A stretch of DNA of 64,000 bases from an uncultured delta proteobacterium (GCA_963753975.1 CAVWEH010000004.1:64001-128000), one strand, 5' to 3'. Shown: positions 41,006 through 55,139, counted from the first letter of the stretch. Notes: a model not told the origin generated them from the letters alone. Made by a program: numbers and translations.

Positions 41006-41628
41006 TATTTAAGCAACGCTCCCTCTAGCTTCTTGATGGAAGGCTCCAGAAGGACCAAATGTTCATGATTTAAGATATCATAAACGTTAATACCTTCCGA
41101 CCTGATCATTTTAATGCTTTTTATATTTCGTGACGATTTCTGCAAAGTAATATCATTATCGGCTAAAACAAAAAGTGCTTTTTTTAAATCGAAGAGGTCA
41201 ACAACACTTTTAAATGCGCGGGTGCTGATCTTTTCCATCGGAAAATCTTTGAGAATCAGCATTTTATCTTGTTTGAGCTTCATACTCAGCGCGCTGATCA
41301 CCGCTTTTTTACGCACTTTTTTCGGTATGCTGTAAGCAAAATCGCGGGGATGAGGTCCAAAGACAATTCCTCCGCCTCGCCACAGCGGCGATCTTGTCGT
41401 TCCGGCCCTCGCTCTTCCGGTTCCTTTTTGCCGCCAAGGCTTTTTCCCGCCTCCGCTGACATCGTGCCTGGTTTTCGTAGAGGCAGTGCCGGACCGCCGT
41501 GAAGCCAATTGCATTTTAACGACGTCGTGTACAATCGCTTCGTTGACTTCCGCGCCAAATACAGCGTCATTTAACTCAACTTTGGCGACTTTCTTTTTCT
41601 TAATATTGTAAACATCTGCGACTGCCAT
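41005..41628 (-). CDS. rplD: 50S ribosomal protein L4
   Basis: KPWRQKGTGRARAG. Confidence 0.99.
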   Translation of the reverse strand: MAVADVYNIKKKKVAKVELNDAVFGAEVNEAIVHDVVKMQLASRRSGTASTKTRHDVSGGGKKPWRQKGTGRARAGTTRSPLWRGGGIVFGPHPRDFAYSIPKKVRKKAVISALSMKLKQDKMLILKDFPMEKISTRAFKSVVDLFDLKKALFVLADNDITLQKSSRNIKSIKMIRSEGINVYDILNHEHLVLLEPSIKKLEGALLK

Positions 41629-41645
41629 TTTATATCTCCAGCGAC

Positions 41646-42281
41646 TTATGCGCTTTTTTTCCTGGCTTCCTTAATCAATACAAAACCATTTTTACTGCCG
41701 GGAATCGAACCTCTTAACAAGATTAAATTTCTATCGGCACGAACCTGCCAAACCTGCAAATTCTGGACAGTTTTACGAACATTGCCCATATGACCGCCCA
41801 TCTTTGTACCTTTAAACACGCGTGATGGATCAGCGCTGGCACCTATCGATCCGGGAGCTCGATGGAACATCGAACCGTGCGTAGCCCTACCGCCGCGGAA
41901 ACCATGTCTTTTCACGACACCGGCAAAGCCTTTACCCTTGGAAGTTCCGACGACGTCGACAAAATCGCCGGCTTTAAATATATCTGCTGTAATTTCCTGT
42001 CCAATTTCATGCTTACCTGATTGTGCGGGGAATTCTTTTAGAAAACGAAAATACCCTTTTTTTGCCTTATCGAAGTGACCCTGGAGAGGCTTGATTACAT
42101 TTTTCTGCTTTTTTCTACCATAACCTAGCTGAATTGCATCGTACCCATCTTTATCTTTCGCTTTTACCTGAACGATAATGGACGGCTCAACTTCAATAGC
42201 AGTAACACCGACGGCAGCTCCGTCATCGGCAAATACCTGAGTCATTCCCAATTTTTTTCCAATGATTCCCTTGTTCATCAC
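41646..42281 (-). CDS. rplC: 50S ribosomal protein L3
   Basis: GKKLGMTQ, SKGKGFAG and HRAPGSIG. Confidence 0.99.
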   Translation of the reverse strand: MMNKGIIGKKLGMTQVFADDGAAVGVTAIEVEPSIIVQVKAKDKDGYDAIQLGYGRKKQKNVIKPLQGHFDKAKKGYFRFLKEFPAQSGKHEIGQEITADIFKAGDFVDVVGTSKGKGFAGVVKRHGFRGGRATHGSMFHRAPGSIGASADPSRVFKGTKMGGHMGNVRKTVQNLQVWQVRADRNLILLRGSIPGSKNGFVLIKEARKKSA

Positions 42282-42374
42282 TACCCAACTTTTTTAATAA
42301 ATATAAAGCCAATAATCTCCATTGGGGAGAATGGCGGTAATCCTTACCATCTTCCAACGCCTAATACAAAATGC

Positions 42375-42683
42375 CTAAGCTTTTATCTCCACATCCACTC
42401 CGGCGGAAAGATCTAATTTCATCAGAGCATCCACCGTGGCTTGCGTAGGCTCTACAATATCAATTAATCTTTTATGTGTTCTGATTTCAAACTGCTCGCG
42501 GGATTTTTTATCCACGTGCGGTGAGCGATTTACGCAATACTTATTGATTTCCGTAGGGATAGGTATAGGACCGGCAACACGTGCGCCAGTCCTTTTTGCA
42601 GTTTCCACTATTTCTTCTACCGAGCGATCCAATAGTTTATAATCGTAAGCTTTGAGACGAATTCTAATCTTTTGTTCTTTCAT
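42375..42683 (-). CDS. rpsJ: 30S ribosomal protein S10
   Basis: IRIRLKAYD and [14 protein letters not shown]. Confidence 0.99.
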   Translation of the reverse strand: MKEQKIRIRLKAYDYKLLDRSVEEIVETAKRTGARVAGPIPIPTEINKYCVNRSPHVDKKSREQFEIRTHKRLIDIVEPTQATVDALMKLDLSAGVDVEIKA

Positions 42684-42708
42684 TGAACGGATAACCTATT
42701 CCCTGTGT

Positions 42709-43902
42709 TTATTCAATAATTTTGCTTACGACTCCGGCGCCTACTGTTTTTCCACCCTCGCGGATAGCAAATCTCAGTTGCTCTTCCATAGCAATGGGCG
42801 TAATCAATTCCACTGTCATTTTAACATTATCACCGGGCATAACCATTTCCACGCCAGCCGGCAGCGTAGCCACGCCGGTCACATCGGTTGTCCGGAAATA
42901 GAACTGCGGCCGATACCCGGAAAAGAAGGGCGTATGTCTGCCGCCTTCCTCTTTCGTTAAAATGTAAACAGCCGCTTCAAATTTCGTATGTGGAGTAATC
43001 GAACCGGGTTTGGCTATAACCTGGCCTCTTTCCACTTCTTCACGTTTAATACCTCTTAAAAGCAGACCGACATCGTCACCGGCACGACCTTCATCGAGGG
43101 TCTTACGGAACATTTCCACGCCGGTAACAACCGTTTTGATCGTTGGTTTGATTCCGATAATTTCCACTTCTTCGCCAACCTTGACAATGCCTCTGTCTAC
43201 TCTACCGGTAACCACAGTGCCACGGCCGGAAATGGTGAAAACGTCTCCCACCGGCATAAGAAAGGGTTTTTCCGTATCACGTTTCGGTTCCGGAATGTAG
43301 TTATCCACGGCATCCATAAGCTGCCAGATGGATTTGGCATCAGGCGAATCAGGATCGTCCGTCTCCAATGCTTTTAGTGCTGAACCGCGAATAATGGGAA
43401 TTTTGTCGCCGGGGAATTCATATTGATTTAAAAGTTCTCTTAATTCGAGTTCTACCAGGTCGAGAAGTTCAGGATCATCAACCAAATCCACTTTATTAAG
43501 ATAAACGACAATATAAGGAACCTGAACCTGTCGGGCAAGGAGGATATGTTCTCTGGTTTGAGGCATAGGACCGTCGGAAGCGGCAACAACAAGGATAGTT
43601 CCATCCATATGAGCAGCGCCGGAAATCATATTCTTAATATAGTCGGCGTGACCGGGACAATCCACGTGAGCATAGTGCCTTTTTGCCGTTTCATATTCCA
43701 CGTGGGAAATATTGATCGTAACTCCTCTTTCTTTTTCTTCGGGAGCATTATCAATGGAATCGAAAGGTCTGAATTCAGCAAGACCTTTCTTAGCTAAATG
43801 TTTGGTAATAGCTGCCGTTAGTGTTGTCTTACCGTGGTCAACGTGACCGATTGTTCCGATATTTAAATGCGGCTTAGTCCTTTCAAATTTTTTCTTAGCC
43901 AT
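42709..43902 (-). CDS. tuf: elongation factor Tu
   Basis: [17 protein letters not shown] and NKVD. Confidence 0.99.
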   Translation of the reverse strand: MAKKKFERTKPHLNIGTIGHVDHGKTTLTAAITKHLAKKGLAEFRPFDSIDNAPEEKERGVTINISHVEYETAKRHYAHVDCPGHADYIKNMISGAAHMDGTILVVAASDGPMPQTREHILLARQVQVPYIVVYLNKVDLVDDPELLDLVELELRELLNQYEFPGDKIPIIRGSALKALETDDPDSPDAKSIWQLMDAVDNYIPEPKRDTEKPFLMPVGDVFTISGRGTVVTGRVDRGIVKVGEEVEIIGIKPTIKTVVTGVEMFRKTLDEGRAGDDVGLLLRGIKREEVERGQVIAKPGSITPHTKFEAAVYILTKEEGGRHTPFFSGYRPQFYFRTTDVTGVATLPAGVEMVMPGDNVKMTVELITPIAMEEQLRFAIREGGKTVGAGVVSKIIE

Positions 43903-43973
43903 GTCAATTTACCTCCTTAACTTTCAGTGGTTACTGTTCTTGTCGTTTAAGTATTATTTCCTTATTTAGCATA

Positions 43974-44444
43974 TTAAAATTTATAATGGGCGAAAGCTTT
44001 ATTTGCTTCGGCCATTTTGTGCACAGCCTCTCTTTTCTTGATTGCTCCCCCACGGTTATTGGCGGCATCAATCAATTCACCCGCCAGCTTTTCTTTCATG
44101 GTCTTCTCCGTGCGCTCCTGAGCATTTGTAATCAACCAGCGAATCGCCAAAGCTGTTCGCCTACCCGGCAGAACTTCTGTCGGCACTTGATAAGTAGAAC
44201 CGCCGACACGCCTTGATTTCACCTCGATTACCGGTTTTACGTTATTTACGGCTTTTTCGAAAAATTCGACTGGCTGCTCCTTTGCTTTCTTCTCAATTAT
44301 ATCGAAAGCGCCATAAAGGATACTTTCGGCAATGCTTTTCTTGCCCCGCTTCAACAACGAATTTACAAATTTTGCTACCAGTTTATTATTAAATTTAGGA
44401 TCGGGTAAAATGTCCCTTTTTTCTATCTCTCGTCTTCTCGGCAT
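43974..44444 (-). CDS. rpsG: 30S ribosomal protein S7
   Basis: [12 protein letters not shown] and [11 protein letters not shown]. Confidence 0.99.
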   Translation of the reverse strand: MPRRREIEKRDILPDPKFNNKLVAKFVNSLLKRGKKSIAESILYGAFDIIEKKAKEQPVEFFEKAVNNVKPVIEVKSRRVGGSTYQVPTEVLPGRRTALAIRWLITNAQERTEKTMKEKLAGELIDAANNRGGAIKKREAVHKMAEANKAFAHYKF

Positions 44445-44458
44445 TTAACTATCCCCGT

Positions 44459-44831
44459 CTAACTTGGCTTTTTAGCCCCATATTTTGACCTACCCTGTTT
44501 ACGATCTTGAACGCCCACAGCATCAAGCGTACCCCTGACAATATGATATCTTACGCCGGGCAAATCCTTAACCCTACCTCCGCGCACCAGGACAACTGAA
44601 TGCTCCTGCAGATTATGGCCGATACCCGGGAATGTATGAAGAGACTTCATAACCTGTGGTAAGACGAACTCTCGCTACTTTACGCAAGGCTGAATTCGGT
44701 TTTTTGGGGGTTGTCGTATATACCCGGACACAAACTCCACGGCGCTGCGGTGAACCTGCCAGTGCCGGAGTATTTGTTTTCCTTTGTATTTTAATCCTGC
44801 CTTTCCGAACTAATTGGCTAATCGTCGGCAT
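44459..44831 (-). CDS. rpsL: 30S ribosomal protein S12 (one extra base near 44625-44630)
   Basis: MPTISQLVR...[10 protein letters not shown] in one frame and GHNLQEHS...KDLPGVRY in the next; 373 nt = 124 codons + 1. Confidence 0.96.
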
Positions 44832-44893
44832 TCTTCCTCCAAAACTAACTAAATATCTTCACGCTATTCTTATCAACAGCAACAAATCTGTGT

Positions 44894-44922
44894 TTGCTAT
44901 CAATTAACCCTACATATGTCAA
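44894..44922 (-). promoter_or_regulatory. probable rpsL (str) promoter
   Basis: TTGACA-17 bp-TAGCAA with a TG extended -10. Confidence 0.45.
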
Positions 44923-44945
44923 GTATTTTCTGAACTTTTTCCAAC

Positions 44946-47900
44946 TTATTCCAAACTGACGCCAGGATTGTTATCCTCAAGCTGAATGCCTAATTTCCTG
45001 TACATCACTAAACCCGTACCCGCTGTTATCAACCTGCCCATAATGACGTTTTCTTTGAGTCCTCTCAAATAATCCGTTTTACCCGACAGAGAAGCTTCGG
45101 TAAGCACTCTGGTTGTTTCCTGAAACGAAGCGGCAGAAATGAAGCTCTGGGTGCTCAAAGATGCTTTGGTAATGCCTAAAAGCAGAGGTTCACCTATGGC
45201 CGGACGGCCTCCTTGAGCCATAACCTTTTCATTCTCTTCCTGAAAGCGGTAGCGTTCAACCTGTTCGTCAGCAAGCAGCACCGTATCGCCCGGATCCGTA
45301 ACGCGAACCCTCCGTAACATTTGGCGGACTATAACTTCCATATGTTTGTCGTTAATTTTAACTCCCTGTAATCGATAAACTTCCTGCACTTCATCAACCA
45401 AATATCTAGCCAGTTCCTTCTCTCCCTTGATGGCTAAAAGATCATGCGGATTATTAACACCGTCCATCAAAGCATCGCCCGGTGTTACACTGTCGCCTTC
45501 CTGAACGCTGATATGTTTGCCTTTGGCAATAAGGTACTCTTTTTCCTCTCCAATTTCCGGGGTAACAATGATCTTGCGCTTGCCCTTTGCGTCCTTGCCA
45601 TAAGAGACAACACCTTCAATTTCACTGATGACTGCAAAATCTTTTGGCTTCCGGGCTTCAAAAAGCTCCGCCACTCGAGGCAAACCACCCGTTATATCCT
45701 TAGTTTTAGTTGTTTCCCGGGGAATCTTTGCAATAATATCTCCCGCATGAACTTGATCCCCTTCAGAAACGACTATATTAACTCCTACGGACAATAAATA
45801 ACGGGCAACAGAATTCGTACCGGCTATTTTAGCCGTTTTACCTTTGTTATCTTTTACCGAAACACGTGGTCTTAAATCACCCCCTTTAAATTCGATAACA
45901 ACCTTACGGGACAAGCCGGTGACTTCATCAACTTGCTCTTGCATCGTTTTCCCTTCGATGATGTCGCCATATTTGATCGTTCCGTCAACTTCAGCCAGAA
46001 TCGGTATGGAGAAAGGGTCCCATTCGGCAATCAATTGTCCGCGCTTGACAGAGCTATTATCTTTTACCTTCAAATGCGCGCCGTAAGGCACCGTATACTT
46101 ACCGCGACTTCTTTTCTGTTCATCCAAAACATGGACTTCTCCATGACGGTTCATCACGACGAATTCATCTTCCCTTGTTTTTACGGTATTTAAGTTAATG
46201 AATTTAATCACGCCGTCATGGTGCGCTTCCAGGGTAGAGTGCTCGTCGAACTTCGCCGTGCCGCCGATGTGGAATGTTCTCATCGTTAACTGTGTTCCCG
46301 GCTCGCCGATAGACTGAGCGGCAACAATGCCGACTGCCTCACCGATATTAACAAGGTGGCCGTGAGCCAGATCTCTTCCGTAACACATGGCACAAACACC
46401 GTGCTTCGAGCGACAGGTTAAAACCGAGCGGATGCTAACTCTTTCAATGCCGGAACGATCGATCTTTTCCGCCAGCGCCTCATCTATCGCCTCATTGGCC
46501 TTGACGATGACTTCAGAAGTAAATGGGTCTCTGACTTCCTGCAGAGCAACTCGCCCCAAAACGCGCTCTCCAGCCGTCTCGATGATTTCGCCGCCTTCCA
46601 TAAGCGCCGAAACGTAAATTCCGTCGACCGTTTCGCAATCATTCTCGGTAATTATGCAATCTTGCGCGACATCAACCAACCTTCTGGTCAGATAGCCGGA
46701 ATTAGCTGTTTTCAGTGCCGTATCGGCCAAACCTTTGCGTGCGCCGTGAGTAGAAATAAAATACTGAAGGACCGTTAACCCTTCGCGGAAATTTGCCGTA
46801 ATCGGCGTTTCAATAATTTCTCCCGACGGCTTGGCCATAAGTCCTCGCATGCCCGCCAGCTGTCTTAATTGCACCGCAGAGCCGCGGGCGCCCGAATCGG
46901 CCATCATATATATAGGATTGAAACTTTCGATTTTACGCTTCTTGCCTTCGGCAGCGGGGACCTCTTCCGTACTGATACCGGTTAACATTTCGGAGGCAAT
47001 CTTTTCCGTTGATTGAGCCCAAATATCGATAACTTTATTGTAACGCTCGCCGTCAGTAATCAGACCATCCATATACTGTTTCTGAATTTTCAGCACATCC
47101 TTATCGGCCTGCAAAACAATGTTCTTTTTATTCTCCGGAATAATCATATTGCCCACGGCGAAAGATAGTCCGGAAATAGTGGCATACTTGAAGCCCAAAT
47201 CCTTGAGCCTATCGGCCAAAAGGACCGTTGTCTTATCGCCGCACAGGCGGTAACAGTGGTCGATTAAATTGGCGAGTTCCTTTTTATTCATCAATTTATT
47301 GATCGTATCGAAAGTAATTTCACCCGGAACTATTTCCGAAAGAACAACCCTGCCCACGGTGGTGTCTTTCAACTCCGAGTCAATTCGTACCTTAATACGG
47401 GCGTGTAAATCAATTACACCTGCGTCAAGGGCTGAGCGCACTTCTTCGCGGGATGAAAAAACCATTCCTTCGCCTTTTACAGCAGTCTTGGCCCTGGTCA
47501 AATAATAAATACCCAAAACGATATCCTGACTCGGGATGATAATCGGCTTTCCGTTGGCCGGAGAGAGAATGTTGTTCGTGGACATCATCAGAACACGCGC
47601 TTCGGTTTGAGCCTCGATGGATAAGGGAACGTGAACGGCCATTTGGTCTCCGTCGAAGTCCGCATTAAAGGCTGTGCAAACCAGCGGATGCAGACGAATA
47701 GCCTTTCCTTCAATTAGCACCGGTTCAAAGGCCTGCATGCCCAGGCGGTGCAAGGTTGGCGCGCGGTTGAGGATGACCGGATACTCGCGCACAACTTCAT
47801 CCAACGCGTCCCATACTTCCGAAGTTTCTCTTTCCACCATTTTCTTGGCACTTTTTACGGTGGTAACATATCCTTTTTCCAGCAAGCGGTTGTAAATAAA

Positions 47901-49040
47901 AGGTTTAAAAAGTTCGAGCGCCATTTTTTTCGGCAAACCGCACTGATGCAGCCGGAGATCAGGTCCGACAGTGATAACTGAACGCCCGGAGTAATCTACT
48001 CTTTTACCCAATAAGTTCTGGCGGAAACGTCCTTGTTTCCCCTTCAACATATCGGATAGAGACCGGAGAGGCCTCTTATTTGTTCCGGTAATAGCCCGGC
48101 CGCGACGTCCATTGTCAAAAAGAACATCTACCGCTTCCTGCAGCATACGCTTTTCATTGCGGATAATTATTTCCGGTGCATTCAATTCCTGCAGACGTTT
48201 TAAGCGGTTATTTCTATTGATGACCCTTCGGTATAAATCGTTAAGATCGGATGTGGCAAAGCGGCCGCCATCCAGAGGAACCAATGGCCTTAAATCAGGC
48301 GGAATCACGGGCAGGATTGTCAAAATCATCCACTCCGGCTTATTCCCGGATTTGCGCAAGGCTTCCACTACTTTCAATCTCTTGACAAGTTTCTTTTTCT
48401 TGGTGTCGGAAACAGCGGTAACTACCTCTGAGCGCAGCTCTTCATAGAGTTTTTCCAAATCAATTTCTTCCAGAAGCTGGCGGATAGCCTCAGCGCCGAT
48501 CCCCGCAACCAAACCATCCTCTCCATATTGCTCTTTGGCTTCGATGTATTCCTCATCCGTTAACAGCTCTTTTTTCTTCAAGGTAGTGTTTTTCGGATCG
48601 AGAACAATCCAAGATTCAAAATAAAGAACCTTTTCCAGTTCCTTCAGGGATAAATCCATGACATTTCCGATGCGACTGGGAAGGCTCTTTAAAAACCAGA
48701 TGTGGGCGACGGGTGTTGCCAGGGTAATATGTCCCATCCTTTCCCGGCGGACTTTGGATTGAATAACTTCGACACCGCACTTTTCGCAAACCACACCACG
48801 GTGTTTCATCCGCTTGTAGCGCCCGCAAAGACATTCGTAGTCCTTTACCGGCCCAAATATCTTGGCGCAAAAAAGCCCATCTCTTTCCGGCTTGAACGTC
48901 CGGTAATTGATGGTTTCCGGTTTCTTGACTTCACCATGCGACCAAGAAAGAATCTTATCCGGTGAAGCAATAGAAATCTTTATTGCATTAAATCTAATCG
49001 GATTTTTTGGCTTCTCAAAATAACTGAAAACATCTTCCAC
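44946..49040 (-). CDS. rpoC: RNA polymerase subunit beta'
   Basis: NADFDGDQM active-site motif and KPETINYRT. Confidence 0.99.
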   Translation of the reverse strand: MEDVFSYFEKPKNPIRFNAIKISIASPDKILSWSHGEVKKPETINYRTFKPERDGLFCAKIFGPVKDYECLCGRYKRMKHRGVVCEKCGVEVIQSKVRRERMGHITLATPVAHIWFLKSLPSRIGNVMDLSLKELEKVLYFESWIVLDPKNTTLKKKELLTDEEYIEAKEQYGEDGLVAGIGAEAIRQLLEEIDLEKLYEELRSEVVTAVSDTKKKKLVKRLKVVEALRKSGNKPEWMILTILPVIPPDLRPLVPLDGGRFATSDLNDLYRRVINRNNRLKRLQELNAPEIIIRNEKRMLQEAVDVLFDNGRRGRAITGTNKRPLRSLSDMLKGKQGRFRQNLLGKRVDYSGRSVITVGPDLRLHQCGLPKKMALELFKPFIYNRLLEKGYVTTVKSAKKMVERETSEVWDALDEVVREYPVILNRAPTLHRLGMQAFEPVLIEGKAIRLHPLVCTAFNADFDGDQMAVHVPLSIEAQTEARVLMMSTNNILSPANGKPIIIPSQDIVLGIYYLTRAKTAVKGEGMVFSSREEVRSALDAGVIDLHARIKVRIDSELKDTTVGRVVLSEIVPGEITFDTINKLMNKKELANLIDHCYRLCGDKTTVLLADRLKDLGFKYATISGLSFAVGNMIIPENKKNIVLQADKDVLKIQKQYMDGLITDGERYNKVIDIWAQSTEKIASEMLTGISTEEVPAAEGKKRKIESFNPIYMMADSGARGSAVQLRQLAGMRGLMAKPSGEIIETPITANFREGLTVLQYFISTHGARKGLADTALKTANSGYLTRRLVDVAQDCIITENDCETVDGIYVSALMEGGEIIETAGERVLGRVALQEVRDPFTSEVIVKANEAIDEALAEKIDRSGIERVSIRSVLTCRSKHGVCAMCYGRDLAHGHLVNIGEAVGIVAAQSIGEPGTQLTMRTFHIGGTAKFDEHSTLEAHHDGVIKFINLNTVKTREDEFVVMNRHGEVHVLDEQKRSRGKYTVPYGAHLKVKDNSSVKRGQLIAEWDPFSIPILAEVDGTIKYGDIIEGKTMQEQVDEVTGLSRKVVIEFKGGDLRPRVSVKDNKGKTAKIAGTNSVARYLLSVGVNIVVSEGDQVHAGDIIAKIPRETTKTKDITGGLPRVAELFEARKPKDFAVISEIEGVVSYGKDAKGKRKIIVTPEIGEEKEYLIAKGKHISVQEGDSVTPGDALMDGVNNPHDLLAIKGEKELARYLVDEVQEVYRLQGVKINDKHMEVIVRQMLRRVRVTDPGDTVLLADEQVERYRFQEENEKVMAQGGRPAIGEPLLLGITKASLSTQSFISAASFQETTRVLTEASLSGKTDYLRGLKENVIMGRLITAGTGLVMYRKLGIQLEDNNPGVSLE

Positions 49041-49113
49041 GAATTTTCTCCTCTACTAACCATTAACCATCTAAATAAATTATGTTAAACGTTTACACAA
49101 AGTTGCTTTAATT

Positions 49114-52100
49114 TTATTGTTTCTGCGTGTTCACATCATCTGTTTCTTCTATCAATTCTACGTCCAAGCCGAGACTCTGCAGTTCTTTAACCAGCACGTT
49201 GAAAGATTCCGGCAGACCCGGCTCAAATGTATGTTCACCTTTAACGATAGATTCGTAAATCCTTGTCCGGCCGGCTACATCATCGGATTTGACTGTAAGA
49301 AATTCCTGCAGAGTATAAGAAGCCCCGTAAGCCTCCATAGCCCATACTTCCATTTCACCTAATCTTTGCCCGCCAAACTGAGCTTTACCGCCCAAGGGCT
49401 GCTGGGTCACTAGGGAATACGGGCCTATGGAACGAGCATGAATTTTATTATCAACCAAGTGGTGCAGCTTCATCATGTAAATGATCCCTACTGTAACTTC
49501 CTGGTCAAAAGGCTCACCGGTTCTGCCATCAAAGAGCATTGCTTGTCCTTTTTCCGGCAATTCAGCTTTTTCCAGCATTTCTCTAATCTGAGTTTCGGGG
49601 CAACCGTCAAAAACAGGGCTGGCTACCAGCATCCCTTTTTTTAACCGCCCGACGAAGCTCTTGATTTCTTCGGTTGTAGCCTGCTCAAGAAATTTATCAA
49701 AATCTGGCGAAGAGTATGTTTTTTTCAGTTCGCTTTTAACATTATTCAAATTGAAATTTTTTTCTAAAAGCTCGTTCAAACTTTCGCCGATTGATTTTGC
49801 CGCCCAGCCTAAATGAGTCTCGAGAATTTGTCCGACATTCATTCGCGAAGGAACCCCTAAGGGATTAAGAACGATATCCACCGTAGAGCCGTCGGCAAAA
49901 TAAGGCATATCTTCTTCCGGTAAAATTCGCGATAAAACGCCTTTGTTGCCGTGCCTTCCCGCCATCTTATCGCCAACGGAAAGTTTTCTCTTAATCGCGA
50001 TATAAACCTTAACCATTTTTATTACCCCGGGAGGAAGTTCGTCGCTCGCTTTAATCTTCTCCAGCTTTTCTTCAGAATGCGCTCGAATAAAATCTATTTT
50101 CCTTTCCATGGAAGAAAGGAGGTTCGTTAACTTCTCTTCGGTATTATCGCTTTCCGCAATAGTAATATCTTTCCAGTAACTGAAGGGAAGATCATTCAAA
50201 ATGTCTTTGGTGAGCTTGTCACCTTTTTTTAAAAGGGTTTTCTTTTTGGCATCGACGATCTTCGCGGAGAGGGTCTTTCCATTAACCAGTCTCGCCACAT
50301 CTTTCTTTATTGTTTCGGTAAGAATGCGGATTTCATCGTCCCTGTCTTTAGTTAATTGCTCAATGGCGTCGGCTTCGATGGCTTGAGATCGCAAGTCCCT
50401 GTCCGCGCCTTTCCTGGTAAATATTTTTGCATCGATAACCGTGCCTTCAACTCCGGGAGGCACGCGTAAAGATGTATCACGCACATCACTGGCCTTCTCG
50501 CCGAATATTGCCCGCAATAGTTTTTCTTCAGCAGAAAGCTGGGTCTCTCCTTTGGGGGTAATCTTGCCGACAAGGATATCTCCGGGCTTGACGGAAACGC
50601 CAATGCGAATAATGCCGCTTTCATCTAAGTTTCTCAGCGCTTCTTCACCAACGTTGGGAATGTCCCGGGTAATTTCTTCTTTGCCCAGCTTGGTATCGCG
50701 CGCCATAGTTTCAAATTCTTCGATATGAATCGAAGTATAAATATCCTCCTTGACTATTCTTTCGCTAACCAAAATGGAATCTTCATAATTGTAACCACCC
50801 CAGGACATGAAGGCAACCATAACATTCCTGCCTAGCGCTAACTCGCCGTCATCGGTTGCCGGCCCATCGGCCAATATATCTTTTTTGCCGACGCGTTCAC
50901 CGCTGTTAACTATCGGCTTCTGATTAAAACAAGTATCCTGATTAGAGCGCTGGTACTTAGCTAAAGGATAAATATCAACACCACTATCGATGCCGTCCTC
51001 TTCGGGATGGTCAGCACGAATAACAATCCGGGAAGCATCAACGGTTTCTACATGTCCCGATCTTTTGGCTACAAGCACCGCTCCGGAATCACGCGCAACA
51101 ACCGATTCCATCCCGGTGCCCACTATCGGCATTTCCGGGCACATCAGCGGCACAGCTTGTCTTTGCATATTGGATCCCATGAGCGCACGGTTGGCATCAT
51201 CATGTTCCAGGAAGGGAATCAATGCCGCCGCTACGCTGACGAGTTGGTTGGGAGAAACATCCATCATTTTAAGTTCGTCCGGTACAACGGAAATAAAGTC
51301 TCCTCCCTTTCTGACGGAGATCAGTTCCTCTACAAACCTTCCGCTTTTATCCAAAGGACGGTCGGCGGGCGCGATGATCTGGTTTTCTTCTTCGATCGCC
51401 GTCACAAAGCGGACTTCGTTCGATACCTTGCCGTTTTCCACTATCTTATAGGGCGTCTCGATAAAGCCGAATTCATTGACCCGAGCATAAGTGCTGAGAG
51501 AGACGATCAGACCGATATTAGGACCTTCCGGAGTTTCTATAGGACAAATGCGGCCATAATGTGTGGGATGGACGTCGCGAACTTCAAATCCGGCCCTTTC
51601 CCGTGTTAAGCCGCCGGGCCCCAATGCGGACAGGCGTCTCTTATGTGTAATTTCCGAAAGAGGATTGGTTTGATCCATAAACTGAGAAAGTTGGCTCGAA
51701 CCGAAAAATTCATTAACAACGGCCGATACAGGCTTGGCATTGATCAGATCATGCGGCATCATTGTCTCAATATCCTGCAGGCTCATTTTTTCTTTGATTG
51801 CCCGCTCCATGCGTACTAAACCGATGCGATATTGGTTTTCAATAAGTTCCCCGACAGACCTTACCCTGCGGTTACCTAAATGGTCGATATCATCTACACT
51901 GCAATCACCGACGCTATTTTTCAAATCGATCAAATATTTAACCGCGGATAAAATATCTTCATTGCGTAACACAGTCACGTCAGTCGGCACATTCAAATGC
52001 AATTTGTAATTCATCTTTGCCCGGCCCACATCCGAAAGATCGTAAGTTTCGGGTTCAAAAAACAGGCTGTGAAAAAATTTAGCCGCCGTTTCCGGCGTCG

Positions 52101-53253
52101 GAGGATTGCTCGGACGCAAACGACGATATATCTCCAGCACGGCATCTTCAGCGGTATCGATTTTATCCATCAACAAGGTATCCCGAATGGCGGCGTTATC
52201 CAGATCCTCATCGAGATAAATAAAGCGCAACTCTTTGATGCCCCTCTGCTTAGCTGTTTCCAAAGCATTTAAGGGCAATTCTTCATTGCAATGGAAGATA
52301 ATTTCGCCGGTCTTGGGATCACGGACATCCGCAGAAAGAATCTTTCCGGCAAGATCGGTTTCCTTGATCGCGATACGCTTGACACCGGAATCCAATACTC
52401 TTTTCAAAAGAGGCTTGGTCAGCTTCCGACCTTTCTTGATTATCATTTCACCGCTTTTCGGATCTTTGATATCTTCAGGAGCTTTTTGTCCGGCCAGCGT
52501 GTCGTCAGTCGTAAAATAGAGCTTTTCGCTTTCAATGGTAACTTTTTCGATGCTGTAAAAATAATTGAGAATGAATTCCGTGGAATTGCCCATCGCTTTA
52601 AGCAAAATAGTTACCGGCATTTTACGGCGGCGGTCAATCCGGACATACAGAAGGTCCTTGGAATCAAATTCCAAATCCAGCCAAGATCCTCTGATGGGAA
52701 TGATGCGCGCCGAATAAATCAATTTGCCGCTGGCCACGGTTTTCCCTTTGTCATGATCAAAGAAGATGCCGGGTGAACGATGCAGCTGACTGACAATAAC
52801 TCGTTCCGTACCGTTAACTATAAAAGTGCCGTTTTCGGTCATCAGCGGGATTTCACCGAAGTATATTTCCTGTTCCTTGATGTCGCGTATCGGCTTGGTC
52901 TCGGTTGCTTCTCTGCCGATTTTGGCATCGGCAATGCGGTCGGTATCGAATACGACCAACCTCACCACAATTTTCAATGGAGCGGCATAAGTCATTCCTT
53001 TTTGGATACATTCTTTTATGTCATACCGGACATCGCCGATTTTATAGCTGACAAATTCCAAAGAACATTTCCCACTGAAATCCGAAATCGGAAAAACGCT
53101 CTTAAAAGCGCCCTGTAGGCCGACATTGCTTCTTTTCGCGGCCGCCAAATCCTTTTGGAGAAATTTCTCGTATGATATTGTCTGGATCTCAATTAAATTG
53201 GGAATATCCAATATCTTTTTTACCCGGCCGAAATTTTTTCTAAATTTGTCCAT
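49114..53253 (-). CDS. rpoB: RNA polymerase subunit beta
   Basis: [30 protein letters not shown] and GGQRLGEME. Confidence 0.99.
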   Translation of the reverse strand: MDKFRKNFGRVKKILDIPNLIEIQTISYEKFLQKDLAAAKRSNVGLQGAFKSVFPISDFSGKCSLEFVSYKIGDVRYDIKECIQKGMTYAAPLKIVVRLVVFDTDRIADAKIGREATETKPIRDIKEQEIYFGEIPLMTENGTFIVNGTERVIVSQLHRSPGIFFDHDKGKTVASGKLIYSARIIPIRGSWLDLEFDSKDLLYVRIDRRRKMPVTILLKAMGNSTEFILNYFYSIEKVTIESEKLYFTTDDTLAGQKAPEDIKDPKSGEMIIKKGRKLTKPLLKRVLDSGVKRIAIKETDLAGKILSADVRDPKTGEIIFHCNEELPLNALETAKQRGIKELRFIYLDEDLDNAAIRDTLLMDKIDTAEDAVLEIYRRLRPSNPPTPETAAKFFHSLFFEPETYDLSDVGRAKMNYKLHLNVPTDVTVLRNEDILSAVKYLIDLKNSVGDCSVDDIDHLGNRRVRSVGELIENQYRIGLVRMERAIKEKMSLQDIETMMPHDLINAKPVSAVVNEFFGSSQLSQFMDQTNPLSEITHKRRLSALGPGGLTRERAGFEVRDVHPTHYGRICPIETPEGPNIGLIVSLSTYARVNEFGFIETPYKIVENGKVSNEVRFVTAIEEENQIIAPADRPLDKSGRFVEELISVRKGGDFISVVPDELKMMDVSPNQLVSVAAALIPFLEHDDANRALMGSNMQRQAVPLMCPEMPIVGTGMESVVARDSGAVLVAKRSGHVETVDASRIVIRADHPEEDGIDSGVDIYPLAKYQRSNQDTCFNQKPIVNSGERVGKKDILADGPATDDGELALGRNVMVAFMSWGGYNYEDSILVSERIVKEDIYTSIHIEEFETMARDTKLGKEEITRDIPNVGEEALRNLDESGIIRIGVSVKPGDILVGKITPKGETQLSAEEKLLRAIFGEKASDVRDTSLRVPPGVEGTVIDAKIFTRKGADRDLRSQAIEADAIEQLTKDRDDEIRILTETIKKDVARLVNGKTLSAKIVDAKKKTLLKKGDKLTKDILNDLPFSYWKDITIAESDNTEEKLTNLLSSMERKIDFIRAHSEEKLEKIKASDELPPGVIKMVKVYIAIKRKLSVGDKMAGRHGNKGVLSRILPEEDMPYFADGSTVDIVLNPLGVPSRMNVGQILETHLGWAAKSIGESLNELLEKNFNLNNVKSELKKTYSSPDFDKFLEQATTEEIKSFVGRLKKGMLVASPVFDGCPETQIREMLEKAELPEKGQAMLFDGRTGEPFDQEVTVGIIYMMKLHHLVDNKIHARSIGPYSLVTQQPLGGKAQFGGQRLGEMEVWAMEAYGASYTLQEFLTVKSDDVAGRTRIYESIVKGEHTFEPGLPESFNVLVKELQSLGLDVELIEETDDVNTQKQ

Positions 53254-53291
53254 AACATCCTTTAAAAATAAAATATTTGTTAGAGATCATG

Positions 53292-53678
53292 TTATTTAAT
53301 CTCGACGGTTCCACCAACTTCTTCAATTTTCTTCTTAATATCGGCGGCTTCATCTTTGGAAACGCCTTCCTTGATCGGTTTGGGTATTCCTTCCACCAAG
53401 TCTTTTGCTTCCTTGAGTCCTAATCCGGTAATTGCTCTCACAACTTTTATTACCTGAATTTTTTCCGCACCGAAACCGGTGAGGATGGTGCTAAATTCCG
53501 TTTTTTCTTCAGCTGCCGCAGCCGCCGGAGCTCCGCCCGGAACTGCCATCGCCGCCATCATCGGAGCGGCGGCGGAAACACCAAATTTTTCTTCCAATTC
53601 TTTCACCAGCGCAGAAAGCTCCAGCACGGTCATCTCTTCAATAAATTTTACGACGTCATCTTTAGTTATTTTTGACAT
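53292..53678 (-). CDS. rplL: 50S ribosomal protein L7/L12
   Basis: [10 protein letters not shown] and [12 protein letters not shown]. Confidence 0.99.
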   Translation of the reverse strand: MSKITKDDVVKFIEEMTVLELSALVKELEEKFGVSAAAPMMAAMAVPGGAPAAAAAEEKTEFSTILTGFGAEKIQVIKVVRAITGLGLKEAKDLVEGIPKPIKEGVSKDEAADIKKKIEEVGGTVEIK

Positions 53679-53703
53679 TTTTCTATCCTCTTTTCTGTAT
53701 GTT

Positions 53704-54231
53704 TTATGAGTTTAAAGTTTTTTTCTTATCACTTACGGCATTGAGCACTTGCACAAAGCTTCTCGGGACACCGCTTAAAACCGTCACGAATGATGTCGGC
53801 ACCGCCGCCATAATCGAAACTAACTTACCCAAAAGGACATCCCTGCTGGGTAATTCCGCCAGGATGGTCAAATCGCCTTTGGTTAAAATCTTGCCGTCCA
53901 GCGCACCGATTTTTATTTCCAGTTCCGGATTTTTTTTGGCAAAATCAATCAGAACTTTTGTCGGTTCCACCGGATCTTTGTAGCTTAACACGACGGCAAT
54001 AGGCCATTGGAAATGGTCGGCAAGAACACTGAAGCCGGTTTCTTTTGAGGCAATTCCCAAAAGAGTGTTTTTTACAACCTTCACTTCAGCGTTGGATTTG
54101 CGTAACGCATTTCTCAAAGCTTCCATCTTCTCGACGTTCATCCCGCTGAAACTGGTCAAAACGCCTAGTCTGGCTTCTTTAAGTTTCTCGTGCAGTTCGG
54201 ATACTATTTGCTCTTTCGTTCTCCGATCCAA
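53704..54231 (-). CDS. rplJ: 50S ribosomal protein L10
   Basis: VVKNTL and LAELPSR. Confidence 0.97.
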   Translation of the reverse strand: MDRRTKEQIVSELHEKLKEARLGVLTSFSGMNVEKMEALRNALRKSNAEVKVVKNTLLGIASKETGFSVLADHFQWPIAVVLSYKDPVEPTKVLIDFAKKNPELEIKIGALDGKILTKGDLTILAELPSRDVLLGKLVSIMAAVPTSFVTVLSGVPRSFVQVLNAVSDKKKTLNS

Positions 54232-54259
54232 TTTATCAGCCTCCTTTCCAAAAATACTT

Positions 54260-54410
54260 TAGTTGCCGAGGCCGGAGAATACAGCCACATACAGAAAAAA
54301 CGCCATCTTTCACCTAAACTCCGATTCCCGTTTTTTTTAAAAAATATTTTACTACGAGTCTCGGCAGGCCGCTTTACGTTTAAACTTCTGTACCTGCTGT
54401 CTTCGACCTT
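54260..54410 (-). ncRNA. L10 leader (rplJL autoregulatory cis element)
   Basis: GTCGAAGACAGCAGG...TTTAA...CCTGCCGAGAC in the rplA-rplJ intergenic region. Confidence 0.75.
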
Positions 54411-54436
54411 TTTGCTAAAAAAATTAGCTCCTCTTT

Positions 54437-55139
54437 CTATTGAGCGGACTTAATATCCAGAGGATCGATTCTCACACCCGCACCCATTGTGCTGGAAAGA
54501 GAAATACTCTTAATATAAATTCCCTTACTCGATGCCGGTTTTAATTTAATAATTGTTTCCAATAGAGCGCTGACGTTTTCGCTCAGCTTTTCGGCGCCAA
54601 AGGAAACTTTGCCCACCGGGGAATGAATGATTCCGGCTTTCTCCACACGAAATTCGACTTTGCCTGTTTTCAGTTCTTTTACCGCATTGGCCACTTCAAA
54701 GGTTACCGTTCCCACCTTGGGATTGGGCATCAAGTCCACGCGGGCCTAGAATCTTGCCGATTTTTCCCACAGCACCCATCATATCCGGCGTGGCGATCAC
54801 CCGGTCAAATTCCAGCCAGCCGCCTTTGATTTTTTCAATGATTTCGTCATTGCCGATTAAATCCGCGCCGGCTTCCAGTGCTTCTTTTTCCTTTTCACCC
54901 TTGGCAAATACCAAAACGCGTACCGACTTTCCCAAACCGTTGGGCAAAACCACACTGCCCCGGACCATTTGATCGGCATGCGCGGGATCGACACCCAAAC
55001 GAACGGCAAGATCGACCGTTTCGTCAAATTTGGGCGCAGGCATCGATGCAACGAGTTCCGCGGCTTCTTTAAGTGTGTAGCGCTTATTTACGCCAATTTT
55101 TGCTTTTGCTGCTAATATGCGTTTGCCTCTTTTTAACAT
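54437..55139 (-). CDS. rplA: 50S ribosomal protein L1 (one extra base near 54733-54736)
   Basis: KFDETVD...ILGPRG, then [11 protein letters not shown] in a shifted frame; 703 nt = 234 codons + 1. Confidence 0.96.
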
